Origin: Eledone cirrhosa
Taxonomy: Eukaryota
NCBI GenBank assembly: GCA_964016885.1
Contig: OZ024743.1
Coordinates: forward strand, 62,558,001 to 62,622,000
Length of the DNA: 64,000 nt
Direction of reading: 5' to 3'
The notes beneath the pieces were generated by a model, which saw only the letters and a list, made by a program, of their open reading frames with translations, ran no database searches and had not been told where the DNA came from. The position numbers and the translations under genes are program-made. The number at the start of each line of letters is the position of its first letter. Positions within the stretch are counted from its first letter, which is position 1. This document shows, one piece after another, positions 36,368 to 48,816 of the stretch.

Positions 36368-36790
36368 TAAGATAGATTTCTATTTATTGCCACTAGGGCG
36401 CAAAAGAAGGGGACAAATACAAGGGAGGGGGAGTTTACACAAAAAGGCGAGTAAAGAAAACAAATAAATATAAAATTAACAATAAAGTCCTCAATAGAGA
36501 GGAGGCGTTTGGGGGTTCGCACACACCCCCGAAAAAAGTGTGCAACTCCTCCTCAGGAGCACAGAGAGAGGGTGCTCCCTCGTTCCTTCCTCTTTTCCAC
36601 CTACAGGCTGATGTAGAGAGAAGACCCATTCACACAGGCCATTCTCGCCACTTTCACCCACCTTTCATAAAAAACGACTGGGGTTGAGCATCTATATCTC
36701 CATCCTGATCCTTCTTCCGAAATGATATCGGAAGAAACGGATCAGTTGTTGGCCAGAGAGAAAGGTGCCTGACCTGAAAGCTAGAGGTCA
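36368..36790 (-). mobile_element. Probable 3' end of an L1/Tx1-type LINE
   Basis: Degenerate C-terminus FLSGQQLIRFFRYH...ERWVKVARMACVNG, then a 3' UTR with AATAAA. Family assignment from recall only. Confidence 0.45.
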
Positions 36791-36886
36791 GTAAGGGAGG
36801 AATTCCAATAATTGGACAAAATGGAGAATCTTATCATGGAACCAGGAAGACACACCAAGGTCAATTTTGTCTTTCATCTTTCCTAG

Positions 36887-37093
36887 CCCTTTAGTATTTA
36901 AACCGGCTGTATCCGGCCAGAATTCTCTCACCTCTTTCTGTTCAAATTGGTTGTAACTGACTGCTCATACTTATGTTAAGATATTACTCTCAAAATAAAG
37001 GATATCAAAATCTCATAGTTCGATATTATGTGAGATAAAGCTTTTACTGTGAAAATATAATAGTATATATAGAGTAATGTAAATGCTAAAGGG
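36887..37093. mobile_element. piggyBac-like MITE inserted in a SINE family 1 fragment
   Basis: TIRs CCCTTTAGTATTTA / TAAATGCTAAAGGG; TTAA on the right (left target decayed); flanks rejoin as SINE ...CTTTCATC|GATAAA.AAAGTACCAG. Confidence 0.7.
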
Positions 37094-37196
37094 TTAAATT
37101 GATAAACAAAGTACCAGTTTAGGGTAGTGAACTGGTGGGATCATTAGAGTATTAGATAGAATCTATTACATAGTGTTATCATAAGTGCACTGACCT

Positions 37197-37495
37197 GGAG
37201 GTGCATGGCTTAGTGGTAAGGGTGTTGGATTTATGAACATAATGTTGCAGGTTTGATTGCTGGATTGGGTTGTGTGCTGTGTTCTTAAGCAAAACACTTC
37301 ATGTCATATTGCTCCAGAAAACTCAGCTGAAAATAAGTACAAGCAAAATCTGTGGGTTTAACCCTGAAGTGGACTGGTGTCCTGTCCAGGTGTGAGTGTG
37401 TGTGGCGGGGTGTCTAGTACTTTCAGTCGCTTAATTCCATGAAAACCAGAATAAGCACCGGCCTGATGAGCCTCCGGGTTCGAGACAGACTTAGA
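37197..37495 (+). mobile_element. SINE with family 2-like head
   Basis: GGAGGTGCATGGCTTAGTGGTAAGG head; TGTGTTCTTAAGCAAAACACTT core. Confidence 0.65.
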
Positions 37496-37566
37496 CTTTT
37501 AGACTGACCCATGTAACAACAGATTTACACAAAAGCCTAGAGATGCCTTGCTTCAACAAGATCATT

Positions 37567-37746
37567 GGTGAATTGGCAATATCAGTAGAGGGTCAGACAC
37601 CATGCTTTCCAGCATAGTTACGTCCCATTACGGTCTGAGTTCAAATCCCGTCGAGGTTAACTTTACTATCATCCTTACGGGGTCGATAAAATAAAGTACC
37701 AGTAATGTACTGGGTATTTGCTGGCCTTGTGCCAAAAGTAGAAATA
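37567..37746 (+). mobile_element. SINE family 1
   Basis: Homologous to the 34274 copy along its whole length. Confidence 0.9.
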
Positions 37747-38340
37747 CTTATTATATTCCTCACCATGTTGAATCTGTTTTTCTATGCTTGCATGGGTTTG
37801 ACAAGTTTTCTCCAGCACAGCTTCAATCCATTTATTGTATTCTTTTGTGGAATCCACCCATTAAATGGTACAGTATAAAGATTTGTAAAGCATTTCAAAA
37901 TTTCTCCATTTGTGTTGGAGAAAGAACATAACTCCTTAATTCACAAATTAGGCTACAATATCTAAATCTTTCAAAATTTGTAAAACGTTCCTAAAATAAA
38001 GAATGGTTTCCTTTTACAAAATTGCCATTGGGCATACCCACACGCATGCTCATGCATATACATATACATACAAGCAGACAGCTTATACAAATATTTGCCC
38101 TAGATTGAAACTAACATAACATCAGTTGGTGAAAAGACAACATTGTGTATGTTGTGGTGATGTAATGGAAATGAGAACAAACTGATATATCTGGATTTAA
38201 AAATTTTTTTAATTTTTATTCACTTATATAGGCTCTCTTTTTTTTTTCTTTTATTCTTCTACTCTTCATCATCATCATATTGCTTAACCCTCCCAAACTG
38301 GAGCCTTGTCACTGGATGTAGTTTAAGGTCATACTCATAT

Positions 38341-38493
38341 AAGATGTAGGATTACAAAATAAGATATAGATTTTATATGTGGCCAATGCTCAAGTGCAAT
38401 AAGTAGCAAGTGTCCAAAGGATACTAGCTCCTCCTATTGCCCAGATGGTTCTATAGAAATAGTAGGCACTTTCCGTTACCTGGGGATGAAATC
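38341..38493 (+). mobile_element. Diverged internal RTE fragment
   Basis: Encodes GSIEIVGTFRYLGDEI; matches the reverse complement of ~39467-39635. Confidence 0.7.
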
Positions 38494-38549
38494 ATGTCTC
38501 TGATTTTCAGCCCCAATCTTGCCTCAAGTGGGACAATTGATATATATAT

Positions 38550-40722
38550 ATCATCATCATCATCGTTTAACGTCCATGTTCCATGCTTGCATGGGTTTGG
38601 ACGGGAGTTTTCCCACTTGAGGCAAGAGTGGTGTTCTTGCTCGTATAGGACTGTCTGGCGGGTTTTCTACAGCTGGATTCCCTTCCTAACACCAACCACA
38701 TTTATAGTGTGGGGCTGGGAGGTTTTTACCGTGTTGCCTACACGGCCACATTACAGCGTGGACTGTGTGTTTTTTTTGTCGTGACACCTACACGATCTCA
38801 TTTGTTTCGGCCTGGATGTTGTGGCACCAACATAACTTTACATTGAAAGGGGCGATGTGGATGGGGCGGGGGTGTATTTTGTTAGAGATGCCTACTGACT
38901 GTAGTAGGTTTTACTTTGTATTTAGGTAAGGCGGGTCTTCTCTATTACTGAGTACCGCCAAAGATCTCGGTCCAGTGACATTGTCTTGGAGAGGTGTAAG
39001 TGTGTGAGGTCGGAATTTATCAGGTCGTCCCAGGTTTTTCTGGGTCTGCCTACTCCATGGCTACCGTCTATCTTTATTGCCCTGCACTTTTTTATACAGC
39101 TGTCGTCTTTCATGCGCATCACGTGACCATACCAACGTAGCCTTCTCTCGAGTAAACAACATCTGATCCCTCTTATTTCTAATTTTTCCCTTAGTTCGTT
39201 TATGCTTTGCCGTTCACGTATATTACTATTACACATCCAGCGGACCATGCAAGCTTCATTCCTCTCTAGTCTGCGTATATCCTCTGCACACAATGCCCAG
39301 GTCTCACTGCCATGCAACATTGCTGTTCGTATGCAGGCATCATACAACCTGCCTTTCATTTTTAGGGAGAACCCTTTAGCAGCTAATAGTGGTATAAGCT
39401 CTCTGAACTTTTTCCATCCAGTTCTGACTCTAGCTACTGTACTTTCAGAGCACCCTCCCCCACTGCTGATTTTGTCACCCAGGTAACGGAAGCTGTCCAC
39501 TATTTCTATAGAACCCTCTGCGCAATTGAAAGAGCTAGTATTTTGTGGGCACTTGCTGCTACTTATTGCATCAGAGCACCGGCCACATGTAAAATCTATG
39601 TTCTTAGTTAGCTTACCTGTGATCATACTACATCTTTTATGCACCCATACTTTGCATTTGGGACATAAAATGGAGTTTCTACCTACGCCTTTCCTACGCA
39701 CTGAGCATGGCCATTTCCCGGAAGGGACCGGCGCCTTATTTTCTTTCCTACAAACGAGAACTTTAGTCTTAGCCAGGTTAATTTTAAGGCCTTTAGATTC
39801 TAGGCCGTGCTTCCATGTTTGGAATTTCTTCTCTAGCTCGGCCATTGATTCAGCTATGAGCGTTAGATCATCTGCGTATAGGAGTTCCCATGGGCAGCCG
39901 GTCTTGAACTCCTCTGTTATAGCCTCAAGGGCAATAATAAATAGTAGGGGGCTAAGAACAGAGCCCTGATGGACACCAACTTTTACGCTAAACTCTTCAC
40001 TATATTCGTTGTTAATTCTAACCTTGCTAACTGTTTCTTTATACATGGCTTGTATAGCTCTCACAAGCCATTCGTCAACACCTAGTTTTCTAAAAGCCCA
40101 CCAGATAATGGAACGGGGGACTCTGTCGAAGGCTTTCTCCAAGTCGACAAAAGCTAAGTATAGGGGTTTACTTTTAGCTAGGTACTTCTCCTGTAGTTGT
40201 CGTACAATGAAAAGAGCGTCTGTGGTACTTTTGCCTGACACAAACCCGAACTGCATTTCATCTAGATCAATTCTCTCTCTGATTAGTTGCGCTATTACTT
40301 TTTCCGTGACCTTCAAGACCTGGTCGATTAATTTAATGCCTCTATAGTTACTCCTATCTAGGGCGTCTCCTTTACCCTTGTAACAGTTAACAATGCTGCT
40401 GCTACGCCACTCCTTCGGAACAACCCCATTCTGTATGACTTGGTTTACTATCTGGGTGACCATGGTGTGTCCCACCGTTCCAGAGGCTTTCAGCATCTCA
40501 GCAACTATTTCCAAAGGCCCAGCCGCCTTACCCGTCTTCATATCTTTGATTGCCTTACTTATTATACTACCTTCGACTAACACTGCTGGTCCCTCTATTG
40601 GGTTGATGTGGGGGAGACTGTCTTTCTCCCATTTATTTTCCTCATTTAGTAGCCTTTCGTAGTGACACTTCCAAGCTACCTTCTTATCAGCGTCAGTGAT
40701 GGCAAGTAAGCTATCATCGTTG
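38550..40722 (-). mobile_element. 5'-truncated RTE-clade LINE, family A
   Basis: Open RT (NYRGIKL, FVDLEKAFD, GVHQGSVLSP, LLYADD) with stop at 38922; 3' UTR and (GAT)n tail; (TA)n on both sides. Confidence 0.93.
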
Positions 40723-40753
<31 letters not shown>

Positions 40754-40765
40754 TTATATATATAT

Positions 40766-41842
40766 GTGGGGTGCCCCAGGAGACAGTCCTGGGACCACTA
40801 CTGTTTTTGGTGGCTCTCTCAGACATGCCCTCTGTAGTGCATACAACAACATCCCTCACTAGCTATGCTGATGACACTAAGGTAGCACAGGCAATCAAAA
40901 ACCCGGCTGACGCTGCCCTTTTACAGCAGGATCTAGATGCCATATACAAATGGGCGGAAGAAAACAACATGCAGTTTAATGCTGGCAAATTCCAAGCCCT
41001 ACAATACAAACCTGCAAACACAAATATAGTGGAACACAACTACACAGGACCAGGAGGGACCGATATCCCCGTGTCAAAATCGATACGAGACCTGGGCATA
41101 GACATGAGCGATGATGCATCTTTTTCTTCACACACCATGAAAGTGGCGACAATGTGCAGACGACTCGCTGGCTGGATCTTGAGGACTTTCCGGACAAGAG
41201 ATCGAGACACCATGTTGACACTATGGAGGACATTTGTCCTAAGTCGCCTGGACTACTACTCCCAGTTGTGGTCACCCCATAGTGTCAAACTAACCACGGA
41301 GCTTGAGGCAATCCAGCGAAGCTACACCAAGAGGATTGCCAAGATGAGGGAGACAAGCTACTGGGAGAGGCTAAAGGAACTGAACCTCTACTCCTTGGAG
41401 CGAAGACGGGAGAGATACGCAGTGATCTACATGTGGAAAATCCTGGAGGGACTAGCACCAAACTTTGGCATTGGGAGCTGGACCAACTGTCGAACAGGAC
41501 GTCACTGTGTGGTGCCAAAGGTCCCGTCTTCCACATCTAGAATAAGGAGCATGTATTGCAATAGCCTGGGATTCAAGGGCCCTCAACTCTTCAACAGGCT
41601 GCCGAGGATCTGAGAGACTTGCATGACGTGGAGATGGATGTCTTCAAGAAGCATCTCGACACCTTGTTATCCAGGATCCCGGATGAGCCCACAGCAAAAC
41701 ACGAGCGAAACCTAAGGGCAGCAGCAACAAACTCCTTCTTACACCAGTGGCCAACCTATACAGGCTGGAGATAAAATGTGTAGTAACAAAGGCGGTGCCC
41801 CAGCATGGCCTCAGCCGGATGGCTGAAACAGGTAAAAGAGTA
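40766..41842 (+). mobile_element. 5'-truncated CR1/L2-group LINE, family B
   Basis: GVPQETVLGPLLF, YADDTK, SQLWSP, LYSLERRRERY; 1-nt deletion near 41608; AAAAGAGTA tail. Confidence 0.92.
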
Positions 41843-41844
41843 TG

Positions 41845-41875
<31 letters not shown>

Positions 41876-41915
41876 GTATATATATATGTATATATATGTA
41901 TATGTATATATATAT

Positions 41916-42540
41916 GTGGTCACCTTGCCAGGATGAAGGATTCTAGAATACCAAAACAACTCTTCTATGGAGAGTTGGTTAAAGGAAAACGACCGCCACA
42001 TAAACCAAAAAAGAGGTATAAGGATTCCTTGAAGGCCTCTCTGAAAGACGCTAACATCTCTGCTGATACATGGGAAAATATTGCTGCTGATCGTAGTAAA
42101 TGGAGAAAGACTGTATATGAGGGAAAAGTTGCCTTTGAGGCATCTCGAATCGCACACGAGAAAGTAAGGCGGGACGTGAGGAAGGGTATTGCTGTTGCAC
42201 TTCCAGACGGCGAGGGTCCTCCTATGTTTCTGACATGCAGCGTCTGTGCGAGACTCTGCCTAAGCAAAGCTGGACTCGAAAGTCATCTTCGCAGTCATAA
42301 AGTAAGACCAGTGGTTGACTACCAGGCTGCTGTTGGAGATGCTACTCATCATGCTTGCCAAACATGTGGTAGAGAATGTAAATCAGCAGGAGGACTCAAG
42401 CGACATGCAAAAGTACACGAACTCCAACCACAGCCGACTATTCCCAGTAAATGTTTTGGTTGCCGACTCTGTGCAAGACATTTTAGATCATTGGCTGGGC
42501 TAAAAAGCCACATTCGATCGCAGCACTGTTAGTTGCTATC

Positions 42541-42584
<44 letters not shown>

Positions 42585-42663
42585 GCTTATGTGCGTGCGT
42601 GTGTGTGTATATATATATGAATATGTATATTATTATTGTTGTTGTCGTTATTATTATTATTGC

Positions 42664-42712
<49 letters not shown>

Positions 42713-42834
42713 GTTATTAATGTATGTGTGTATATATGTGTGAGTGTATGTGTATGTATGTGTGTGTGTATATATGTATGTATGTGTATGTATGTGTGTG
42801 TGTATATATATGTGTATATATATATATGTGTATA

Positions 42835-42871
<37 letters not shown>

Positions 42872-42876
42872 TTTCC

Positions 42877-42934
<58 letters not shown>

Positions 42935-43004
42935 TTTTTTTTTTTTTTTTTTTTTTTTTTATTGTGCAATGGCCATACTCGATAACGAGGGGGCAGCCAT
43001 CATC

Positions 43005-43006
<2 letters not shown>
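41916..43006 (+). mobile_element. 3' fragment of an RTE/BovB-like LINE with three C2H2 zinc fingers
   Basis: GHLARMKDSRIPKQLFYGEL..KRYKDSLK; CxxC-x12-HxxxH-type motif three times; stop at 42532; microsatellite-filled 3' region ending GGCAGCCATCATCAT. Confidence 0.85.
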
Positions 43007-43086
<80 letters not shown>

Positions 43087-43088
43087 GT

Positions 43089-43423
43089 ATCATCATCATC
43101 ATCATCATCAGGTTTAGCGTCCGTGTTCCACGCTTGCATGGGTTTGGACGGGGGTTTTCCCACTTGAGGCAAGAGTGGTTGTCTTGCTCGCATAGGACTG
43201 TCTGGCGGGTTTTCTACAGTTGGATGCCCTTCCTAACACCAACCACATTTACAGTGTGGGGCTGGGAGGTTTTTACCGTGTTGCCTACACGGCCACATTA
43301 CAGCGTGGACTGTCTGGCGGGTTTTCTACAGCTGGATGCCCTTCCTAACACCAACCACATTTACAGTGTGGGGCTGGAAGGTTTTTACCGTGTTGCCTAC
43401 ACGGCCACATTTACAGCGTGGAC
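43089..43423 (-). mobile_element. RTE family A 3' UTR fragment with an internal ~115-bp tandem duplication
   Basis: Matches 38550-38765; the block GGACTGTCTGGCGGG...ACAGCGTGGAC is present twice. Confidence 0.88.
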
Positions 43424-43436
43424 ATATATATATATG

Positions 43437-43489
<53 letters not shown>

Positions 43490-43522
43490 GTATTTATATA
43501 TATATGTATATGTATATATATG

Positions 43523-43553
<31 letters not shown>

Positions 43554-43567
43554 GTATTTATATATAT

Positions 43568-45102
43568 GAGAAAGCCTTTGACAGAGTTCCACGTGTTGTA
43601 ATCTGGTGGGCTCTTAGAAAACTAGGAGTAGATGAATGGCTTGTGAAAGCGGTACAAGCCATGTATAGGGGAGCAGTCAGCAAAGTTAGGATTAGCAATG
43701 AGTATAGCGAGGAATTTAGCGTACAGGTTGGGGTCCACCAGGGCTCTGTTCTTAGCCCTCTCCTGTTCATCATAGTCCTGCAGGCAATAACGGAGGAGTT
43801 TAAGACCGGATGCCCATGGGAACTCCTGTATGCTGATGACCTCGCACTCATAGCTGAATCTATGGTAGAACTAGAGAATAAATTCCAAACCTGGAAGCAG
43901 GGACTAGAAAGAAAGGGTCTCAAAGTCAACATGACAAAGACTAAGGTCCTTTTAAGTAGACGAGAAAACAGAACCCAGATCCCCTCAGGGAAATGGCCTT
44001 GCTCAGTATGTAGGAAAGGTGTAGGTAGGAACTCCATTCTCTGCCCCAAATGCAAACAATGGGTACACAAGAGATGTAGCGGGATCTCAGGAAGCTTAAT
44101 TAAGAATGTAGGATTCACATGCAGCAGCTGTGCTGAAACAGCAAGCAGCAAACAGCCACAGGAAACAAGTACCACCAATCTCTGGGAGGGCCCTGTAGAA
44201 ACAGTAGACAGCTTCTGCTACCTAGGTGACCGAATTAGCAACGGAGGTGGGTGTTCAGAAAGTACAATAACTAGGGTAAGAACGGGATGGAAGAAGTTTA
44301 GGGAACTACTACCACTGCTAGCTGCAAAAGGCTTCTCCCTCAGAATGAAAGGCAGACTGTATGATGCGTGTATCCGAACAGCGATGTTGCATGGTAGTGA
44401 GACCTGGGCGCTGAAGGTGGAAGACTTACGTAGATTAGAGAGAAACGAAGCCTGCATGCTCCGATGGATGTGTAACAGTAATATGCGTGAACAACAAAGC
44501 ATAAATGAATTGAGAGAGAGACTGAGCATAAGAGGAATCAAATGCTGTGTGCAGGAGAGGCGGTTGCGCTGGTATGGACATGTGATGCGTATGAAGGATG
44601 ACAGCTGCATAAAAAGGTGCAGAGCACTAGAAGTTGATGGAAACCGCGGAGTGGGGAGACCCAAGATGACCTGGGATGAGGTGATAAAAGCCGACCTTAC
44701 CCAATTACACCTCTTAAAGACAATGACACACGACCGTGACTTCTGGCGTCACGCAGTAATACAGAGTACCCGACCTCCCATGGGTACAAGCTGAAGCATA
44801 TAAACAATATGCCCCCACACCCCCCACCACAAGGTGGTCGTGGAGGTGCCACGGCAAAAAAGCACCCAGCCCACACTGTAAAGTGGACGTGTAGGTGCCA
44901 CGAAAAAGCACCCAGCACTCACTGTAAATGAGGTTGGTGTTAGGAAGGGCATCCAGCTGTAGAAATCAAGCCAGATCAGTTCCTGTATGAGCAAGGCATG
45001 GTCAGCCGACCAGACACTGCCCACGACAGGACAACCCGTCTAACCCATGCTAGCGTGGAAGAACGGACGTAAAACGGTGATGATGATGATGATGATGATG
45101 AT
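43568..45102 (+). mobile_element. 5'-truncated RTE-clade LINE, family C
   Basis: RT frame from EKAFDRVP to the stop at 44794; nearly identical to the reverse complement of 52630-54143; (GAT)n tail. Confidence 0.95.
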
Positions 45103-45323
45103 ATATATGTATATGTATATATATATATGTATGTATATGTATATGTATATATATATGTATATGTATATATAAGTATATATATGTATATGTATATATATAT
45201 ATATGTATATGTATATATATATATGTATATGTATATATATATACATATATATATATGTATATATATATATGTATATATATATATATGTATATGTATATAT
45301 ATATATACATATATATATATATG

Positions 45324-45418
<95 letters not shown>

Positions 45419-45419
45419 G

Positions 45420-45482
<63 letters not shown>
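45103..45482. repeat. Compound (TA)n/(TATG) microsatellite
   Basis: Direct reading. Similar spacers at 40723-40765, 41843-41915, 43007-43088, 43424-43567, 45685-45753, 48256-48717 and 52491-52629. Confidence 0.95.
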
Positions 45483-45486
<4 letters not shown>

Positions 45487-45688
45487 TGATATTTTATTTG
45501 AGTGACCCGAATCTTCCTGGTTGTTCTTTTTAGGCTGTACGGGTGATTTTAGGCATAATCTCTATGTGTTGGTAACGATGGTTATAGCTCTGATTTATCC
45601 AAATTATTGAGCCCTCTGCCACACATATCGGATATTGTTTATCGTTAATTCGTGAGCTGTTTTTCCGATTCTCGATTATTCTACTATA

Positions 45689-45745
<57 letters not shown>

Positions 45746-45753
45746 GTATACAT

Positions 45754-48255
45754 AGGCTGTTCATGGAGCAAGCAATACTCCTCCCAACAAGAGGCGAAAA
45801 TGTCCTGGACCTCTGTTTTACAAACAGCGAAGTGCTCATCCACAATGTAAAGGGGACACCAACAATTCTCTCGGATCATAACTTAGTAGAGCTAATGATA
45901 TGTGGTCCAAGAGAACCAACAGAGACAAAACCACCAAGAAGCTCCGGGACGCTTTCCAGCCTTAACTTCTACAAGGCTAACTGGAAAAAGATTAAGAGAG
46001 AAATCCGGAAGCAAACATGTAGTGAAAACACCGCCACACAAGACACTAACACACAATTTCAGCACTTCATGACAACGATACATACTGTGTGCAAAAAGTT
46101 TGTCCTGGAGAAAGAGGCAAACAGACACAAAAATCTTATTCCCAGAGATAGGAAAATTCTTATGAGACATAGAACTAAACTCTCAAACCAGTTGAATAGT
46201 CAACAAAACAAAAACAAGAAGGAATCCTATTTGAAACATGCACTACTTGACACTGAGATTGCACTCAAACTTTCCCATGAGAATGAGAGAGCAAAGAAAG
46301 AGAACAGGGCCATAGAAAACATTAAAACAAACCCTAAGGCCTTCTTTAAATTTGCAAAAGAAACTGCCTCAGTACACTGCAAGATTGGGCCACTCTTCCA
46401 TATGGACGGTTCATTAACCGAAAACCCCCAAGAGATATGTGAAATACTGAACGAACAGTACAAAAGTGTGTTCACATGTCTACTGAGGCACATGCAAATA
46501 ACAAAGCCAGAGGAGTTCTTTGATGCCACAACACTACATCAAGAAATGGCAACCATCAACCACATAGACATAACAGAGGAGGATGTGGTGTACGCCATTG
46601 ATGAAATTAGAACAGACTCGGCTGCTGGACCTGATGGATTCCCAGCAGTTCTCTTAAAAATATGTAAGCGGGCCTTAGCAACTCCACTGAAGATGCTCTT
46701 CAGAAGCTCCTTGGCTAGCGGTGTACTACCCAGGGAGCTGAAAGAAGGCACAATATGCCCTATCCATAAAGGAGGTAGCAGAGCGGAGACCAAAAACTAT
46801 AGGCCAGTCTCCCTGACGTCGCATATCAGTAAGGTCATGGAGCGAGTCGTCAGAAAGAAACTGATCACTTTCCTCGAGGAAAATGACCGCCTGACTAGCA
46901 CGCAACATGGCTTCCGCCCAGGAAGAAGCTGCCTTACACAGCTGCTACATCACTACGACTGGGTACTGAGACAACTACTAGACAGCTCACATGTGGACGT
47001 GATATATCTTGACTTTGCGAAGGCCTTTGACAAGGTCGACCACAGAATGATATGTCACAAACTACACGGACTCGGCATAACTGGAAAAGTAGGTAAGTGG
47101 CTGCATGGCTTCCTAAGGGACAGAAGCCAGGCAGTCGCAGCAAATGGGGCCCTCTCGAGAGAGACACCAATAACGAGTGGGGTGCCACAGGGGACAGTCC
47201 TGGGACCACTACTGTTTTTGGTGGCTCTCTCAGACATGCCCTCTGTAGTGCATACAACAACATCCCTCACTAGCTATGCTGATGACACTAAGTTAGCACA
47301 GGCAATCAAAAACCTGGCTGACGCTGCCCTTTTACAGCAGGATCTGGATGCCATATACAAATGGGCGGAAGAAAACTACATGCAGTTTAATGCTGGCAAA
47401 TTCCAAGCCCTACAATACAAACCTCCAAACAAACCTGCAAACACAAATATAGTGGAACACAACTACACAGGACCAGGAGGGACCGATATCCCCATGTCAA
47501 AATCGATACGAGACCTGGGCATAGACATGAGCGATGATGCATCTTTTTCTTCACACATCATGAAAGTGGCGACAATGTGCAGACGACTCGCTGGCTGGAT
47601 CTTGAGGACTTTCCGGACAAGAGATCGAGACACCATGTTGACAGTATGGAGGACATTTGTCCTAAGCCTCCTGGACTACTGCTCCCAGTTGTGGTCACCC
47701 CATAGTGTCAAACTAACCACGGAGCTTGAGGCAATCCAGCGAAGCTACACCAAGAGGATTGCCAAGATGAGGGAAACAAGCTACTGGGAGAGGCTGAAGG
47801 AACTGAACCTCTACTCCTTGGAGCGAAGACGGGAGAGATACGCAGTGATCTACATGTGGAAAATCCTGGAGGGACTAGCACCAAACTTTGGCATTGGGAG
47901 CTGGACCAACCGTTGAACAGGACGTCACTGTGTGGTGCCAAAGGTCCCGTCTTCCACATCTAGAATAAGGAGCAGGTATTGCAATAGCCTGAGATTTAAG
48001 GGCCCTCAACTCTTCAACAGGCGGTCGAGGCATCTGAGAGACTTGCATGACGTGGAGGTGGATGTCTTCAAGAAACATCTCGACAACTTGTTATCCAGGA
48101 TCCCGGATGAGCCCACAGCAAGACAAGAGAGAAACCTAAGGGCAGCAGCAACAAACTCCCTCTTACACCAGTGGCCAACCTATACAGGCTGGAGATAAAA
48201 TGCCCCAGCATGGCCTCAGCCGGATGGCTGAAACAGGTAAAAGAGTAAAAGAGTA
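45754..48255 (+). mobile_element. 5'-truncated CR1/L2-group LINE, family B (long copy)
   Basis: APE C-terminus (PTRGENVLDL, SDH) and RT (NYRPVSLTS, QHGFR, YLDFAKAFD, YADD); nonsense codon at 47914-47916; (AAAGAGTA)2 tail. Confidence 0.93.
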
Positions 48256-48279
48256 TATATATATGTATATATATATTTG

Positions 48280-48328
<49 letters not shown>

Positions 48329-48585
48329 GCATATAAATATATATCTATATATCTATATAAGTATATATATATATGTATATATATATATGTATATGTATAT
48401 ATATGTATATATATGTATATGTATATATATATATATGTATATGTATATATATATGTATATGTATATATATATGTATATATATATATATGTATATATATAT
48501 ATAGATATGTATATGTATATATATATATATATGTATATATATATAAGTATATATATATATATGTATATATATATATGTATATATG

Positions 48586-48620
<35 letters not shown>

Positions 48621-48678
48621 ATATGTATATATATATATGTATATATATATGTATATATATATATATATGTGTATGTAT

Positions 48679-48712
<34 letters not shown>

Positions 48713-48816
48713 ATACATATAACTTTGAATAACTTTGAATAACTTTGAAATGTTTTGGCCAGTATTGGCCCAGGCCATGTCTAACTTAATAGCACCACCT
48801 GGCGAAGTCTTTCAAT

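Noticed and set aside
37460-37492. CTGATGA hammerhead candidate
   Set aside because: GAGAC instead of GAAAC and no stem I/III; it is part of a SINE tail.
42529-48778. Tyr/Ile-rich ORFs and N-terminal extensions of the RT ORFs
   Set aside because: Translations of (TA)n microsatellites.
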